Below are positions 12,685-25,260 of a stretch of DNA of 64,000 bases, one piece after another. The position numbers and the translations under genes were made by a program. The number at the start of each line of letters is the position of its first letter. The first letter of the stretch is position 1. Location: assembly GCA_023920165.1 (NCBI GenBank), contig CP089281.1, positions 1,860,001 through 1,924,000 of the forward strand. The letters run 5' to 3'. This stretch comes from Curvularia clavata. Taxonomy: Eukaryota. The notes below the pieces were generated by a model. The model saw nothing but the letters and a program-made list of their open reading frames with translations. It did not search any database and was not told the DNA's origin.

Positions 12685-15228
12685 CTTTTTTTCTCTCTAC
12701 AGTTGGAGACTCGAGAGGGTCGACTATGGAAGGTGAGGCGAGAAGCGTCGAAAGGGTTATCACCGAGATAAAGGGCTTTACCCCCAAATACAAAAGCCGA
12801 TGTCGATTGGCAATTAGGTTTTTGTATTGTATTGCTGCTCCTCTGATCCAATGCTCTATTTCAGCTCCCTAATCTGTATTCCCATATCTGCCCTTTTCTC
12901 GTCCGAACTGGCACATAGATTGCGAATAGAGTCATCTTGCCATGGTAATACAATCCATTGTCTCGGACTCCGACATTCCCAAATAATGGACCGTGGTTAC
13001 TGTGGGGTTGTGGGGATGAAGGATTGCTGCGGTGGATTTTGTCGAGTATCCATAGCTATTCGTATCGCGTGGTGATCCACTTCCAACGAGTTTGGTCACC
13101 TGACATCTCAGACCACTGACCAAGTGTGTAGCGCGAACGTGTTCTGCTGGAGTTCAATAAAGAAGGTACGCCGAGATAAGGACAATGCAAGGCCCACCCC
13201 GTCTATAGTAAACAGTAATATGTGCATATGCACGTAACCATCTAGTCACAGTGTAGCGTCATGCGTAACATCATACATTGTCCTTGTTCTGACGTGCATA
13301 TTCGTTGGACAACACTAAAGCTTATTTCGCAACGTTGAATGACACCCAGGAGCTAATATCTTGTCGTCAACAAAGTGCTTACACAGCGACCATTAGTGCA
13401 ATGGACGACTTTCCACAGGAAATACCAAGAAATATGGCTACGTTTTTATAAATGTATGTGGAATTGATATAATATAGGCAATGCCAGATACGGACAACAG
13501 TTTCAGGTTCCTCTTGATTAATGACAAATGAATAATTGACCCCGGACAACGCTTCACGCCCCGTCCCATCCAAATAATGTTCTGGCCAATAACAGCGCAG
13601 CTATCAAACTTGTATTTTCTAGGGCGATAGAAACCCCCTGCTATTGGAGTTTCGGGCTTGTTACAATAGTCTTAGACTTTTTTTCGTCACTCATCTCCTC
13701 ACTAGGAAGTAAATGTATCATTATCGTGTCTTTTAGCGTTTTATGAAACTTGGCTTCAAGAGTGGTTGTAGTGCAAAAAGTTGCAAGAATTGCTTGCCTA
13801 GTACCGTAGCCATCGGAGCCCCGCCACATACAAAGGGATGGCGATGCTGGATGTTACATGCAGACAGCCTGTTTTTTCTCTATAATATCGCACTGTTCAT
13901 CAGAGCAAAGTATTCATATATCTAGAAATAACTCAGGTTGCTTCTGATATTCTAATATGAACCTTGGCGGAAGTCCCATTTGCCACATCACGCATGCCAT
14001 AAGCTTCGGCATGATATTTTCATTCGCATATGAGAGACTTTCGAGAAGTTACTGTGTTAAGCTCCAGTGTAGGACCTTGTCACACTGGACCTCCTTGTTC
14101 TTCCTCAGAAAGTCCAGAGATGTACCTATCATCATTCTTCAGGCACTGATTTCTGATCAGACAGTATTGAGTCGTCCGATAAAGCGAACGACATCACTCC
14201 ACTCGCGCTTGCCGCTTTATATCTGCCCAATATGAGGGTCGTATGGATCCATATACCACGGGTACTGCTCTAATGTCACGTTCACGAATGTTCAGTCTTG
14301 ATATTGTAAGTACAAAAACTTGCCAACTATTAAGAAAATGACATTCCTACGTCCCAACTTCACTAAAATATGTCAAAGCTCCTTGAAGCCACTCCATATT
14401 AACACATATTTCTCTCAAGTAAACCTTGTTCTAACGTGAGCATAAAACAACCCTTGATTTGGAAGCATGTAAATCACCTTTGGGCCTACAATGGATGATA
14501 ATCAAAGGACCTGCCTTTTCAGACAGGCTTTAGGGTTCAATTTGGCGTTTTTAGATACTTTTCTCCAGATAACGCGGTTAAACAGCTAGATTCGTACCAA
14601 AGTGGAGCTAGCTAGACGCACTGTTCATGATAGTGTAGAACTATCGGACAAAAAGAGTATAGGATGCCAAAAGAAATCTTCAGGCTTATTTTGTGTTCAA
14701 ACTATTGCGAAAGAAGTAACGTGGAGATCCCAGGGTTGCAGTCAGTGTGGGCTTCTTTCATTCCCCAGGCAACACAATCTCGAATTTCCTAAAGCCCCTT
14801 ACACACTCACAGCTGTACTAACAAGATCGCCTAACCTAGCTGTGAAATCACAAAAACATCATCGCTGGCGTGACCCTCGGCTTCAATTTATCAAGTGGGA
14901 ATAACACGACTGAATAGGCAAAGTACGCAGGTGTCAATGTGACACGCAGCTCCACTCTCCCTTGTAGTAAATACCCCGACCCTCCCACCCAAAATGCCCG
15001 AAAAACACTGCAAACGAGGAAAATGACATGCAGAGAGCAGGGGCAATACGATTGGGAACGGGGGGCCAAGTGCAGCCCAAAAGAAGCCCAAATACCTGGG
15101 AATACCCATCATTTTAAGAGGCGGCTCAAAATTGAGTTCTGAGGCGAGAGCTAGCGGGAAGTTTAATTCGCATTCTTGTCTCGATTGTCTTATATCATCT
15201 TTCGCAAGCGTGCTGAGCCACACCAACC

Positions 15229-16245
15229 ATGTCTACTCAATACACTGTCGTCGAGACGGTGCCCGTCCACCTCTCCGCCATCTCATCAAAGCCTAAAAAT
15301 GCATCCAAGCCTTTCTCTTTGAAACCGTACCTGGAGCTCACGCGCTTCAGCAAGCCCGCGGGGCTTCTGGGCGTCTACTTCCCTTACTTCATCGCCTTCC
15401 TGTACTCGGTCAACCTGAGCAATCCAAACGCCCTCTCTGCAGCTGACTGGGCCAAACTCAGCGCTGTGTTCCTACTCGACGGTCTGATTCTCAGGAGCTT
15501 TGGTTGCGCTTGGAACGATACCGTCGACCAAGATCTCGATCGCGAAGTCGGAAGATGCAAAAAGCGGCCGGTTGCACGTGGTGCTGTAACGACTCCAGAT
15601 GCACTCGCTACGACTTTGGTCCTCGCTGTCGCTCGCCACGTTTTGTATCACGCTACGCTTCCCGCTCGTGCTGGTCAGCACGCCCTGTTCACGACGGTAC
15701 TCGCTCTCGTATACCCGTTTATGAAACGGTTCTGCAACTTCCCGCAGCTTTGTCTGGGTATCGGCGTGGGCTGGGCTGTCTTTTTGGTCGACGCTGCGGT
15801 CGTTGATGGGCCTTGTGAATCCCAACTGGCCAACGAGATCAACTCTACGGACCGCAGAAAAGCCATGATTGCCATGTGGGCTTGTCAAAGCCTCTTCAAC
15901 ATCACTTACGATACCGTCTATGCCTTTCAGGACATTCAGGATGACTTGAAGATCGGTGTCGGTTCATTAGCAGTAGGAGTGCGCCGCTATCCTAAGACGT
16001 TTCTGCTGTCGATTGCAAGCGCCATGGCTGCCTTCTTGTGGGGTACCGTGTCCTGGGGTGGCTTGACGCGTGGTCCGTTCTTAGTTGGTGCGGCTGTATC
16101 GTCTGTTGCCGCACTAACAATGTTAGTACGGCTCAATGTTTGGGATCCGACCAAGTGCAAGGACTTCTTCGTGTATGGCCAGTGGTGGGTGAGTGGAGTT
16201 TTGCTGACAAGCTTGGTGGCTGAGTTGTTGATGACGAAGTCGTAA
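15229..16245 (+). CDS. UbiA-family membrane aromatic prenyltransferase (secondary-metabolism type)
   Basis: 338 aa, intronless, multiple hydrophobic helices; motifs WNDTVDQDLDREVGRCKKRPVARG and YDTVYAFQDIQDDLKIG; no evident mitochondrial presequence. Confidence 0.93.
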   Translation: MSTQYTVVETVPVHLSAISSKPKNASKPFSLKPYLELTRFSKPAGLLGVYFPYFIAFLYSVNLSNPNALSAADWAKLSAVFLLDGLILRSFGCAWNDTVDQDLDREVGRCKKRPVARGAVTTPDALATTLVLAVARHVLYHATLPARAGQHALFTTVLALVYPFMKRFCNFPQLCLGIGVGWAVFLVDAAVVDGPCESQLANEINSTDRRKAMIAMWACQSLFNITYDTVYAFQDIQDDLKIGVGSLAVGVRRYPKTFLLSIASAMAAFLWGTVSWGGLTRGPFLVGAAVSSVAALTMLVRLNVWDPTKCKDFFVYGQWWVSGVLLTSLVAELLMTKS

Positions 16246-16783
16246 ACTCGGGATTTAATGACGTGAATGAACTATGGTCTGAACGCGTAAAGGACGAATC
16301 TGGTCAATATACATGCAGAAGCATGGGCATTTGGATGGTTGCTAGTTTAACGAAATGAACGGACATTAAAAGACAAACACACAATGATACTTCCTTCGGT
16401 GAGACTGTGATCATTCTTGGATTTGCAAATCCAGCACTGTGAAGAGGCGTTGAGAGATGCAAACTGCAAAGCAAACCCGAGTGGACACTTCACGATGAAG
16501 GCAGTGGGAACCAGCTCCTAGAAAACTTGATTATGGCAAGCCGCCCCTCCCACTTATCCATACAGACTCAGCACGGAAACCCAACTGTGGGTACACGTAA
16601 AAATCGGATGATTTCCAAGCCGACGATCACAACGCAACATGGAAGTCTTGACTGACTCAATCCGTGCATGCTCAAAACAATTTATGAAAGCGACACATCT
16701 GGATACCGCTTCCACTAGATAGCACACTAGCACCAAAAGAACAATTCATCATAGACACATGAAATCCTATTCCGCAACTCTCT

Positions 16784-18154
16784 CTAATTTTCAGGAATCG
16801 GCACCACGCCCTCCGGCCCCTTCCCCCCCGGCAACCACCCCTGCTGTACCGTCCTGACTCCCCAACTCGCCGGATAATCAATCTTGGTATGGAACAAACC
16901 ATAATTCTGAAACAACAACAAATCCTGCTCTTCATCCGGTCCGACCCAGATATACTCTGGTTTAAGGATCCTCGACTGAATGTTATCCAGAAACCTGCGT
17001 ACTTCGCCTATATCGTCGATGACTTTGGGTGTATTGGTGGGGCTAGTGCGCAGAAAGAGGCGGCGCGCGCAGTTATGCTGGGCTTGGAAGGAGCGGCGGC
17101 CCGTGACGGGGTTGATCCAGACCATTGGGTGCTGTGTGAGGGAGGGTGACAGTTAGTGGGTCGAAAGATGAAGGTTTGGTGCGTAGAGGCAAGAACTCAC
17201 TCTCTTCTGCCACTCTGGCTTCATTTCTTCAATCTTTGCCATTTCTTCTTCTGGTACTTCTTTCCCTTCGGTAGCGACGCCTAGCCCGTTGGGAGCCCCG
17301 CGGCATCCCTTGATCCACTCGTAGGGCCAGTACATGTACTCGACCCAGCTGTGGTCTACCGTCTTCTTCTCCTCGTCGCTCAGCATGTCGTACAACTGCT
17401 CGACGTCTACGTACGCTGTGCGTCCGGGCTTGACTTCCATTGTGAGACCTGAGTCGTCGGCCCACTCTACAGTCTGCGTTTCTTTGCCCTGTGTCGGGAA
17501 CTTGACCGGTCGGAGCATAGTGAAGGTTGGGGGGTCGTACTTGAAGTAGGTTCCGTCGGTGTGCCACCAGTGGAAGCGAGTGCGTCCGGCCTCGAAGTCT
17601 GCGTCGGCGAGCGGCTTGCTGTAGTATTGGTTGAAATTGCTGTCGCCCATGTTCAGGCCGGGCTTGCCGTAGCGAGGGTCATCTTGAGGGCCTTTGCCGA
17701 TGAAGACGAAGGCGCCTGCTTCGGGAACTTCTACGTAGCGAATGCTGGGCTGATGGACTGTCAGAATTCACCATAACCTGCAATTCTGAAGTTTTTCTTC
17801 TCCATACTTACCACTAACGCGCCGTTGGGGTAGAACGCGCGGGCAAACGTCTCATTATCTATCTTTTTAGAATCTGGATCGAGCTGCTGCAGCAACTCCC
17901 AACTACGCTTCGGCACGAGGTCATGTTGGCCTTTGATGACAAGAAGCTTGTGCTCCCAGGTAGCTTTGCGCAACTGTGCCACTGTTTCTTCCGTGAAATT
18001 GTTCAAATCGAGGCCCGTGACGACAGCCCCAAACTAAGCAGAGTAATGTAAGTGGGGAACCACAAGAAGGGGTTTGATAAGTGGTCCCGATTCTTACCTT
18101 GCACTTCTTTCCTTCGGGATGAACCAGAGGCTCAATCTTGAAATTGTTCGCCAT
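16784..18154 (-). CDS. Fe(II)/2-oxoglutarate dioxygenase, TauD family (xanthine dioxygenase-like)
   Basis: Four exons: FGAVVTGLDLN..LRKATWEHKLLVIKGQ, HxD motif WWHTDG, VWINPVTGRRS, distal His in GLFHTK. Confidence 0.85.
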
Positions 18155-18908
18155 TATGTCGGGAGCAAGAAATCAACGTATGGCCTGAATTCTCTTGGTT
18201 TGTTTGCACAAGATCTGGACCGCGATTGCAGAGCGAACGAGAGCCCAGGCACTTATCAGCCTACATGTTGGCCTCAATTCGCCCCACAGAGCCTCACAAC
18301 TAGGGTAGTCGAGGGTTGCGGACCAATTTGGCAAGTCGGGGTCCAGGGTATTGCAAAATGCACCGACGCACGTCATTTTGTCCGGCGTAAACTTCGCGTG
18401 GCATGATCGTGGTCCGCTGCACGTAATCGATTAAGTTTCCAGTTGCAGGGAATACGCCGATGTTTTGGATGGTAAATCAGTGTTTTCCAATATGTTTGTT
18501 GTCCCAAAGAGGACTTGCTTTCCTGATCACGTGACATGTGAGTGTAGTAATGTCACCCATGTAAAGTGAACACTTCCTGCCAATCAAATTGGGTGAAATT
18601 CATGCAATGTAGCATTTATTTGCTGGAAGATTCATCGAAGCTCGTCTTTCCAGCGAGAAACAGCTGTCATGACCTGCAGTATTTACTGAAAGATCACGTG
18701 ATAATAAATCCACGTGCGCAGAACTTCAACCGGGTGACCATACAGATAAACGAAAGAGCTTTTCAAGAGGACTCTAAAGGCTGGGGCATACATGAGTATT
18801 CTTTGTTCATTAGTTTGCATACATAAAGCCTGACCGGCTTTACATTCTAAAAACAAAACATTGTGCACAATCGGCGCTCATCATCAAGTGTCTCGTCAAG
18901 AGCGACAA

Positions 18909-20226
18909 TCACAACTTCTCGCAAGTCGGTCCCCTCGGCGCAATAACCTGCACCCCATCTCCATGTGTACCATACGTGACGAAATCCTTCCTCTCCAACC
19001 CAACCTTATCCAGAATGCAATCCCATTCGACCAGCGACCTCTCTCTTGCCCCATAGTTTGCCATCATGAGCATATCCTGACTGGCTCCGTACCAATGCGT
19101 ACAGTCATCCCTGAGAACCAATTCGTCGACCACAATAATCGAGTCCGGCTCAAGAACATCCTTAAGAAGCGAGAGAATGTTGTGACAAGCGTGGTCAGGC
19201 CAATCGTGCAAAATGTTGCGCAGATAGTAGATGTGGGCGCCCTTGACGGGCTGGGGTTTAGTAAAGTCGTGGTGGACAACTTTTAAGCCATGGATGCCCT
19301 TCGCAGAGTCGATAGCGGCACCGTGGGTGTCTTGTAGCACGATGCGCCCTTGGAGCCAGGAAAATCTCTTCAGAGCCTCACGACACTGGTGTCCGTAGCC
19401 GCCGCCAACGTCTACAAAGACTATTCGCTGTTTGTCGCTCGCACCGAAATCAGGCACGTATTTCTCAAAGGGGAACACGTCTAGCCAGCTTTGCTGACCC
19501 ACACGCTGGAAGGACATGTATTCGTTAAAGGCATGTTGGTGTCGCGGCCGCTGGGATAGCCATTCAAAAAAATGGAGATCCGTATTCTTACACATATTGA
19601 AGGCGAGGTTCTTATTATCCTGCGGCTGTTTGTAGGAGTTTTTGGCTAGCCACTTTGGTAGCGTGTTGTACAGTGCAATGTTCCGCTCAGTCCTGTAAAA
19701 TTAGATGGGATGAACAGGGAAATACTTCCAGAAACACTCACGCATGGAAGGTCACGGACTCAATTCCGGACATGGAAAGGTGGTGTGTGAGACCCGTTGC
19801 CCGGTACATCTCGACGTCGACTTGCTCAACCATCCACTGTGTAGCTGCATATCGCAACAGCCGCACCAGCAGGGCCTTTTCAGCGCCCAGCTCGGTAGCC
19901 AGCTCGCTGGCGCTCATTGCCGCACCATTGCGGCTATCAAGCAGCCTCCATAGGCCCAAGTCGATACCGACCTGTACTATATTGGGCGGCAGTGTACAGA
20001 AAACCATACGCTGCATGGTGTCCCAAGGCGTTTCGAGCCTGAGGGAGGCCATCCTCATCGCCTCGAGGCATCTGCGGCGTTTCTCGTCATCATTGCGCAG
20101 GCAGTTGGGAATGTTCCCCACGGCGAGGGATTCAAGTGATTCGAGGAGATTGTCGGTTGCGACATCCTCGTCGAAGTTGACATTTGAGTGTTCAGAAGGG
20201 AACGATATAGCGGCCATGGTGATCAT
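18909..20226 (-). CDS. SAM-dependent O-methyltransferase (fungal secondary-metabolite class)
   Basis: Two exons (intron 19741-19693, in frame): N-terminal dimerisation region, VDVGGGYG, YYLRNILHDWPD, ERS. The start could be 20217. Confidence 0.93.
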
Positions 20227-23200
20227 GAGTTTAGTACCCAGACATGGCTATACAGCGAAGATTGGAAATATATATTGCTCGCTGCCAGAAGCGGCATGGT
20301 GACGCAAAAGGACGCAGTGGAACTCATGCGGTGTCCGTCATACTTGCTTTGGTCGGTACATTGCAACAATCGGGAGTTAATTGGAAAGCCGGTAGCCGAC
20401 ATGAGAAGATCTCTGGTAATTTATGGCGTAGGCGTCAAGTTAGGTGGTTGCAATCTTGTTTACGATCGGTTTTTGCTTTTCTCAAATTTCTAATGCAGGT
20501 AGTTGTCATCATCATTGGTGGTGATGACACGGCCTTGCTTTTTGGTCTTGTTTAGTTTTCTAGTTTATTTCGGGCATGCTGTTTTGGGCAAAGGAAATAC
20601 AAGGCGATCTGTTGTGGCGCATGCATGTCGAATACTACATAGATGATCGAGTAACGGGACTGACAGCTATTTTTTGTTTCCATGCTCATCAATAGTGCAG
20701 TGCTTTTGAGAGGAATAAGAAGAAGCAATGGTTCTATACGACCGACATACGTCGGTGGAGTTTGCGTGAACAATTTTGGAGAGAACCCATGTTTAAGCGT
20801 GAGGGTAATTAAAGCGTCATGCTGAAGTGCTGCAGTAGAGTGAATAATAGACTTGAACGAAAACAAGTTTTGTCCTGATTTGTGTACTTGCGAAAGATGT
20901 TGAGTAGTTGCTTTTCTTTTCGGGTGTAAGAAGGACCGTGAGCTGCAGCAGAAGAAGGTCGGGTGCATGTTGTTCCGATAAGCATGCTTCCTTTTGGTCA
21001 ACCACGCTTCATGAAATTTACCTGTTCACGCGTGTCACAGGAGGCTGTTGCTCCGATTGCGGTAGATCCCTGTAGCAAAGCTGCAGGATCCGAATTTTAC
21101 TTTGTCGCGACACGTGCTGCTGAATCTCGTGAGTGGGGTTGGGGGCAACTCCTTCACTGAGGGATTTTCTGAAGTGTTTGGTGGACACAGCCCAGCACGG
21201 CCAATCCGCTGCATACCGCTGATCAGTAAAAAATCTGAGTGGGAGCGACGTGGTGTGACTCGGCCAACCAGTTGGTAGCTAGCTGCAGGAACAGTGGAAC
21301 ATATATCTGGGTCGTTGCCGCTCGCCATGTGGGTCTATAGATATGCAGGTTCTTTGAGCGGTTTCCACTTTGCGATATCTACGGGCCAGGCGGAGACGCG
21401 ATTTTCTGTTGAGGTGGAACCGGATCGGAGCGTCGAGACTTTGACAAGATACCAACAGTTGGGGAGCGGCAGGTGCACGGCCGTTGGAGAATGCAGTATT
21501 AGTAGGCTTAAAATAGTCGGATAAAACGGGCCCCAGTCAAATTACTACAACAGTATCATCATCATGTGACAGATGATTCAAGCGCATCTAGATGTATTCG
21601 TACTTGGTATGCGTCTTCGAGAGCTGGGGCTTGCGGTTTATCAGAGTTGCTGCGGTGCAATTTTGTTTCGACTATTTTGGTACACCAAGAGGCAGGCGAG
21701 GCGAACAATGGCATTGGTACGAAGTTCAGCTGCACTCTTATTCAGGTGTATGTAGCAGGTCAAAAAAACATGATGCGGTTGGTGTACCGTACCGAAGATC
21801 TACCTTGAGGAATAGGGCCTTTTTGCCATAGTTTATTGGGCGTTTTTGGCGCACGACTAGCCGGCCAATACTTGGTACCATGACGGTGGTGAACAAGGCC
21901 GGACTGAGGCTGACGAGGGGGGTTTGAGTGTGCTCAGCAGCGGTCCTTGAGTTGTGCTGAGCTTATGTGTAGGTGTTTACGTGTACATGGCAGCTGGCGT
22001 ATACTGTTTCAAGCGTGAGATGGCGACCGAGGCGTTTGTAGCAACAGCGAAGATTAGAGGTGGTGCGCCGAGACAAGGGCGGCAACGGCAGCAAAAGTGG
22101 GGAGGTAGCGCTAATGCGTGGAAAACGGTTGATTGACCCAAGGGCTATGCAATTGGCCATGTGTGCAACTCGCGTGATGGGTCTCGACGAGCATGTGTAG
22201 CACAGACAGGTCAAAGAATTTGGAGTGTGTGCTCAAACGAGCATCCAAGGCCTCGTGCAGGTGTGGTGGGAGGGAGACGGGCTTCCTTTTCGAGGCCAAA
22301 ATCAAGCGTGCACCGTTTCTCTGGCTGAAGGCAGCGTGGCTTGGCAGCGTCACCACATGGCTGGCGTGTTGATATCGGGGCCCATTGGTGAGGGGGAGCC
22401 GGCTTACACTGCTTTCAGCAGTTTACCCAAGGCAGTGCCGAAAGGACTGCAGCGCACGAGGAAGCATGCAGACGAGCATGGCGGCGGTCATGCTGAACAA
22501 GGAGCGATGGCACCGGGCTGATCTAGTTGGCTGCAGACATGCACGTCTGCGGGCGCGTCCCAGGCGTGTCATCTGACGCGGGGTAGGTGAGCAAGTTCAG
22601 CGATAGCAACAGAGAGCAAATGCCGGTGTGCAGAGAGCAAATGAGGGTGTTGTGTGTCTGTGTGCAGATGAAGTCATGGTCGGACAGACGCTTTGGTACG
22701 CGTGGAGCCCCGACTTGGACGAGCTTGTACAAGTCGAGAGAGTGTCGATAGGCCGTGGGACGGCGCGGCCAGACAAAAGGCCGGGCGGTGTTTCGAGCCT
22801 AGGAGTAAGGTCGTATTGCAGCGCCACGGGGGCCTGAGTCAGCCGTCTGTCTTATTGCGGGCAGACAGCGCAGACGGGCTGACAAGAAGCGGGCGATGGT
22901 TCGAGACATGCAGGCGTCCAGCAGGCCGACGGGGACAAAGTCGATCAACAGCATAGTATGTATGCGCGAGACGAGGGATTGGGACGGGCGGCATGGCGGG
23001 TGCGGTGGGCCTGGCAAGCGAGATCTGGAACGCACTCTTGGTCTCGCCTTGGTCTCGCCGACAAGACATCCCTGCCGCGCCAGCCAACTCCTGCAGGGCA
23101 GCTGACGGTATCCAGTGATGGACACGCCGCCGGGATGCGTGTGGATGCCACGGCCGCCCCGCCCACGGCCGCTGTGTCGTGTCGTGTCTGGCGTAGGGCT

Positions 23201-23649
23201 GGACTGAAGGACGAGTGCGTGAATAATGTAGTAGTATGCTTTACTCGTCTGGCCATGATAAGAAGGCGCGTCGCACGCCTCGCTCGCGCTTTCCTCGGTG
23301 CTCCCAGACGCCAGACGCCCCATCCGCGTCGCTCATTTCACGCCCACACTACCCCCTGTCGCGCCTGCCCGATATACATGCCCGCACCTTCCTCGCCGCT
23401 GCCCGCCCGCCAGTCCTGCCCTCGCCCTCGCCCTCGCCTGCCTCTGGTCGCTGCGCTGCCTGTTTGCTTTCTTCTTCCACGCCTGCTGAGACGCCCAGAA
23501 CAAAACACCAGCGCCACTCCCAGCGCCCGACAGTGGCGCCTAAACCACGCCCTCAAGCCACGCCTGGCCGGGCAACGGCCGGCCAAGTCTCTTAATCCCG
23601 TCCCCAGCATCCCCAATCTCGACCTCGAGCTGCTTCGTCCTGTCTTCGT

Positions 23650-25260
23650 ATGGACCAGTCTCAATCCGACACCATGTCGCGCAGTCGCACCAACCGCACG
23701 CGCTCGGCCAACTCGTCGGGCTCGGCAGCAACCTATGGCTACCACAACACCTACCACACACACGCCCAGCTGCCTCTCGGCTCGCCGCCCTCCTACGCCT
23801 GCGCCATGGACCCCAAGACTCGCAAGAGGCTAGACGAGAGGGCAAGAGCAGAGAAAGAGGCCGTCCGCAACATGCAGCTGCCCCCGCCCTACACGTGCAC
23901 AGTCGAGATGCAAGGCATCGTAGGCCTCAAGCACGAGCTTTCATCGCCTTTCCAGGTCTCCAGCCACCGCGAATGGTCCGACGTCTATGCCATTCTCCGG
24001 GGCACCCAATTGAACCTCTACCGCATCAAGAACCCCCATCTCCTCAGCAAGTCCAAGACGGCTTCTCCAGGACGCTTATTGAAGTCCTTTTCTCTACAGC
24101 ACGCCGAAGTGGGCGTCGCCTCGGACGTCAAGAGGTCGCCGCTGGTCCCAAAATCCCCCTTTGTCCACCTCGTACCCGTCACAGCCAGGGCCAAGCTATA
24201 CGAATCGGACCCCCAGTTGTTCGAGCCCGTCCGGGAGCACCCCATCCGACTCCGCCTCGAGTTTGAGCAATTCCTGCTGTGTCCCGCTTCCGAGGAGAGC
24301 ATGCTTGATTGGATAGAGTCTTTTTGCGCCGCAATTGATATTAGCTCGCCGCTCGAGGACCGAAGCGAGCCTCGCTACCGGAGTTTACCCCGGAGAAGCC
24401 GCAGACAGCGAGTTCTAGACGCTGCCCAAATTGGAGACAATCTCGAGAGCCTCTCCAACATGGAAGCCGGCCGACGCCTCATTGCAGAGCAAGAGCAGAT
24501 TATGCGCCAACTCTACCCCAACCTGGCAGGAACCCGTGAACAAAGTGCTAGCCGCCACTCTCCCTCAGCCGACGCAGAGCTTGACGACTTTGACCCAGAA
24601 GATGTTCGCTTCCCTACCAGAGAGGCTGCAGACCCTTTGACCCGTATTTCTTCCCAAGGTCACGACCAAGCCGACGAGGACCAACCCGACAGCCAATCTT
24701 CGTCGGATCACAAGTCAATGGCCCCAGTTGCGCCTACGCCAGCCCAAACCATGCGATACCGCCGCCGTTGTGCGCCTGTTCTGCTTGCCTCATCCCCACG
24801 GGTAAGTGACGTAGTATTTGCCAAGGGACAGCGGTTCCGAATCAGCGTAAAAGCCCACATGCTTGTCGACTATGCTACGCACCCACCTCGCTACGACGCA
24901 CATGGCTTCCCCAAGAACAGGCGTCCGTCCCATGCCGCCATCACCCAGGAGCCGCCTGCTGTGGCCACAGAAGAAATAGCCCCAGTCACCGTCGTTCCAG
25001 AAAGGCCTAGCTCGCCCGTCCGCGGCATCAGTGACGATTCCATCACGTCCATTACCTTTGGCGAAGACCTCGCCCCTATCAACTCAAAGTCAAACATAGA
25101 CGAGACTGGACAGTCGGGCCCTCCATCCCCGACTGGAAAGTCCCACGTCACGGCAGACGCTGCACGCCAACTCGAGGCAATGGGCAAGAGACGACCTAGC
25201 GTCGAGAGCCGCGAGGCCAGTCTCAACCCGCTCAACCTTGGCGTCGGGCTGCTTATTTGA
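23650..25260 (+). CDS. PH-domain protein with PPxY motifs
   Basis: 536-aa ORF; REWSDVYAILRGTQL..SLQHAEVGVASD..IRLRLEFEQFLL..WIESFCAAIDIS..LEDR matches a fungal PH family; PPSY, PPPY and PPRY motifs. The start could be the second Met (23674). Confidence 0.82.
   Translation: MDQSQSDTMSRSRTNRTRSANSSGSAATYGYHNTYHTHAQLPLGSPPSYACAMDPKTRKRLDERARAEKEAVRNMQLPPPYTCTVEMQGIVGLKHELSSPFQVSSHREWSDVYAILRGTQLNLYRIKNPHLLSKSKTASPGRLLKSFSLQHAEVGVASDVKRSPLVPKSPFVHLVPVTARAKLYESDPQLFEPVREHPIRLRLEFEQFLLCPASEESMLDWIESFCAAIDISSPLEDRSEPRYRSLPRRSRRQRVLDAAQIGDNLESLSNMEAGRRLIAEQEQIMRQLYPNLAGTREQSASRHSPSADAELDDFDPEDVRFPTREAADPLTRISSQGHDQADEDQPDSQSSSDHKSMAPVAPTPAQTMRYRRRCAPVLLASSPRVSDVVFAKGQRFRISVKAHMLVDYATHPPRYDAHGFPKNRRPSHAAITQEPPAVATEEIAPVTVVPERPSSPVRGISDDSITSITFGEDLAPINSKSNIDETGQSGPPSPTGKSHVTADAARQLEAMGKRRPSVESREASLNPLNLGVGLLI

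Noticed and set aside
15229..16245. Calling the UbiA gene the housekeeping COQ2
   Set aside because: No mitochondrial presequence, divergent sequence and secondary-metabolism neighbours.
22799..23833. Long ORFs upstream of the PH-domain gene
   Set aside because: GC-rich, Arg/Pro-biased and open in several frames; most likely leader sequence.
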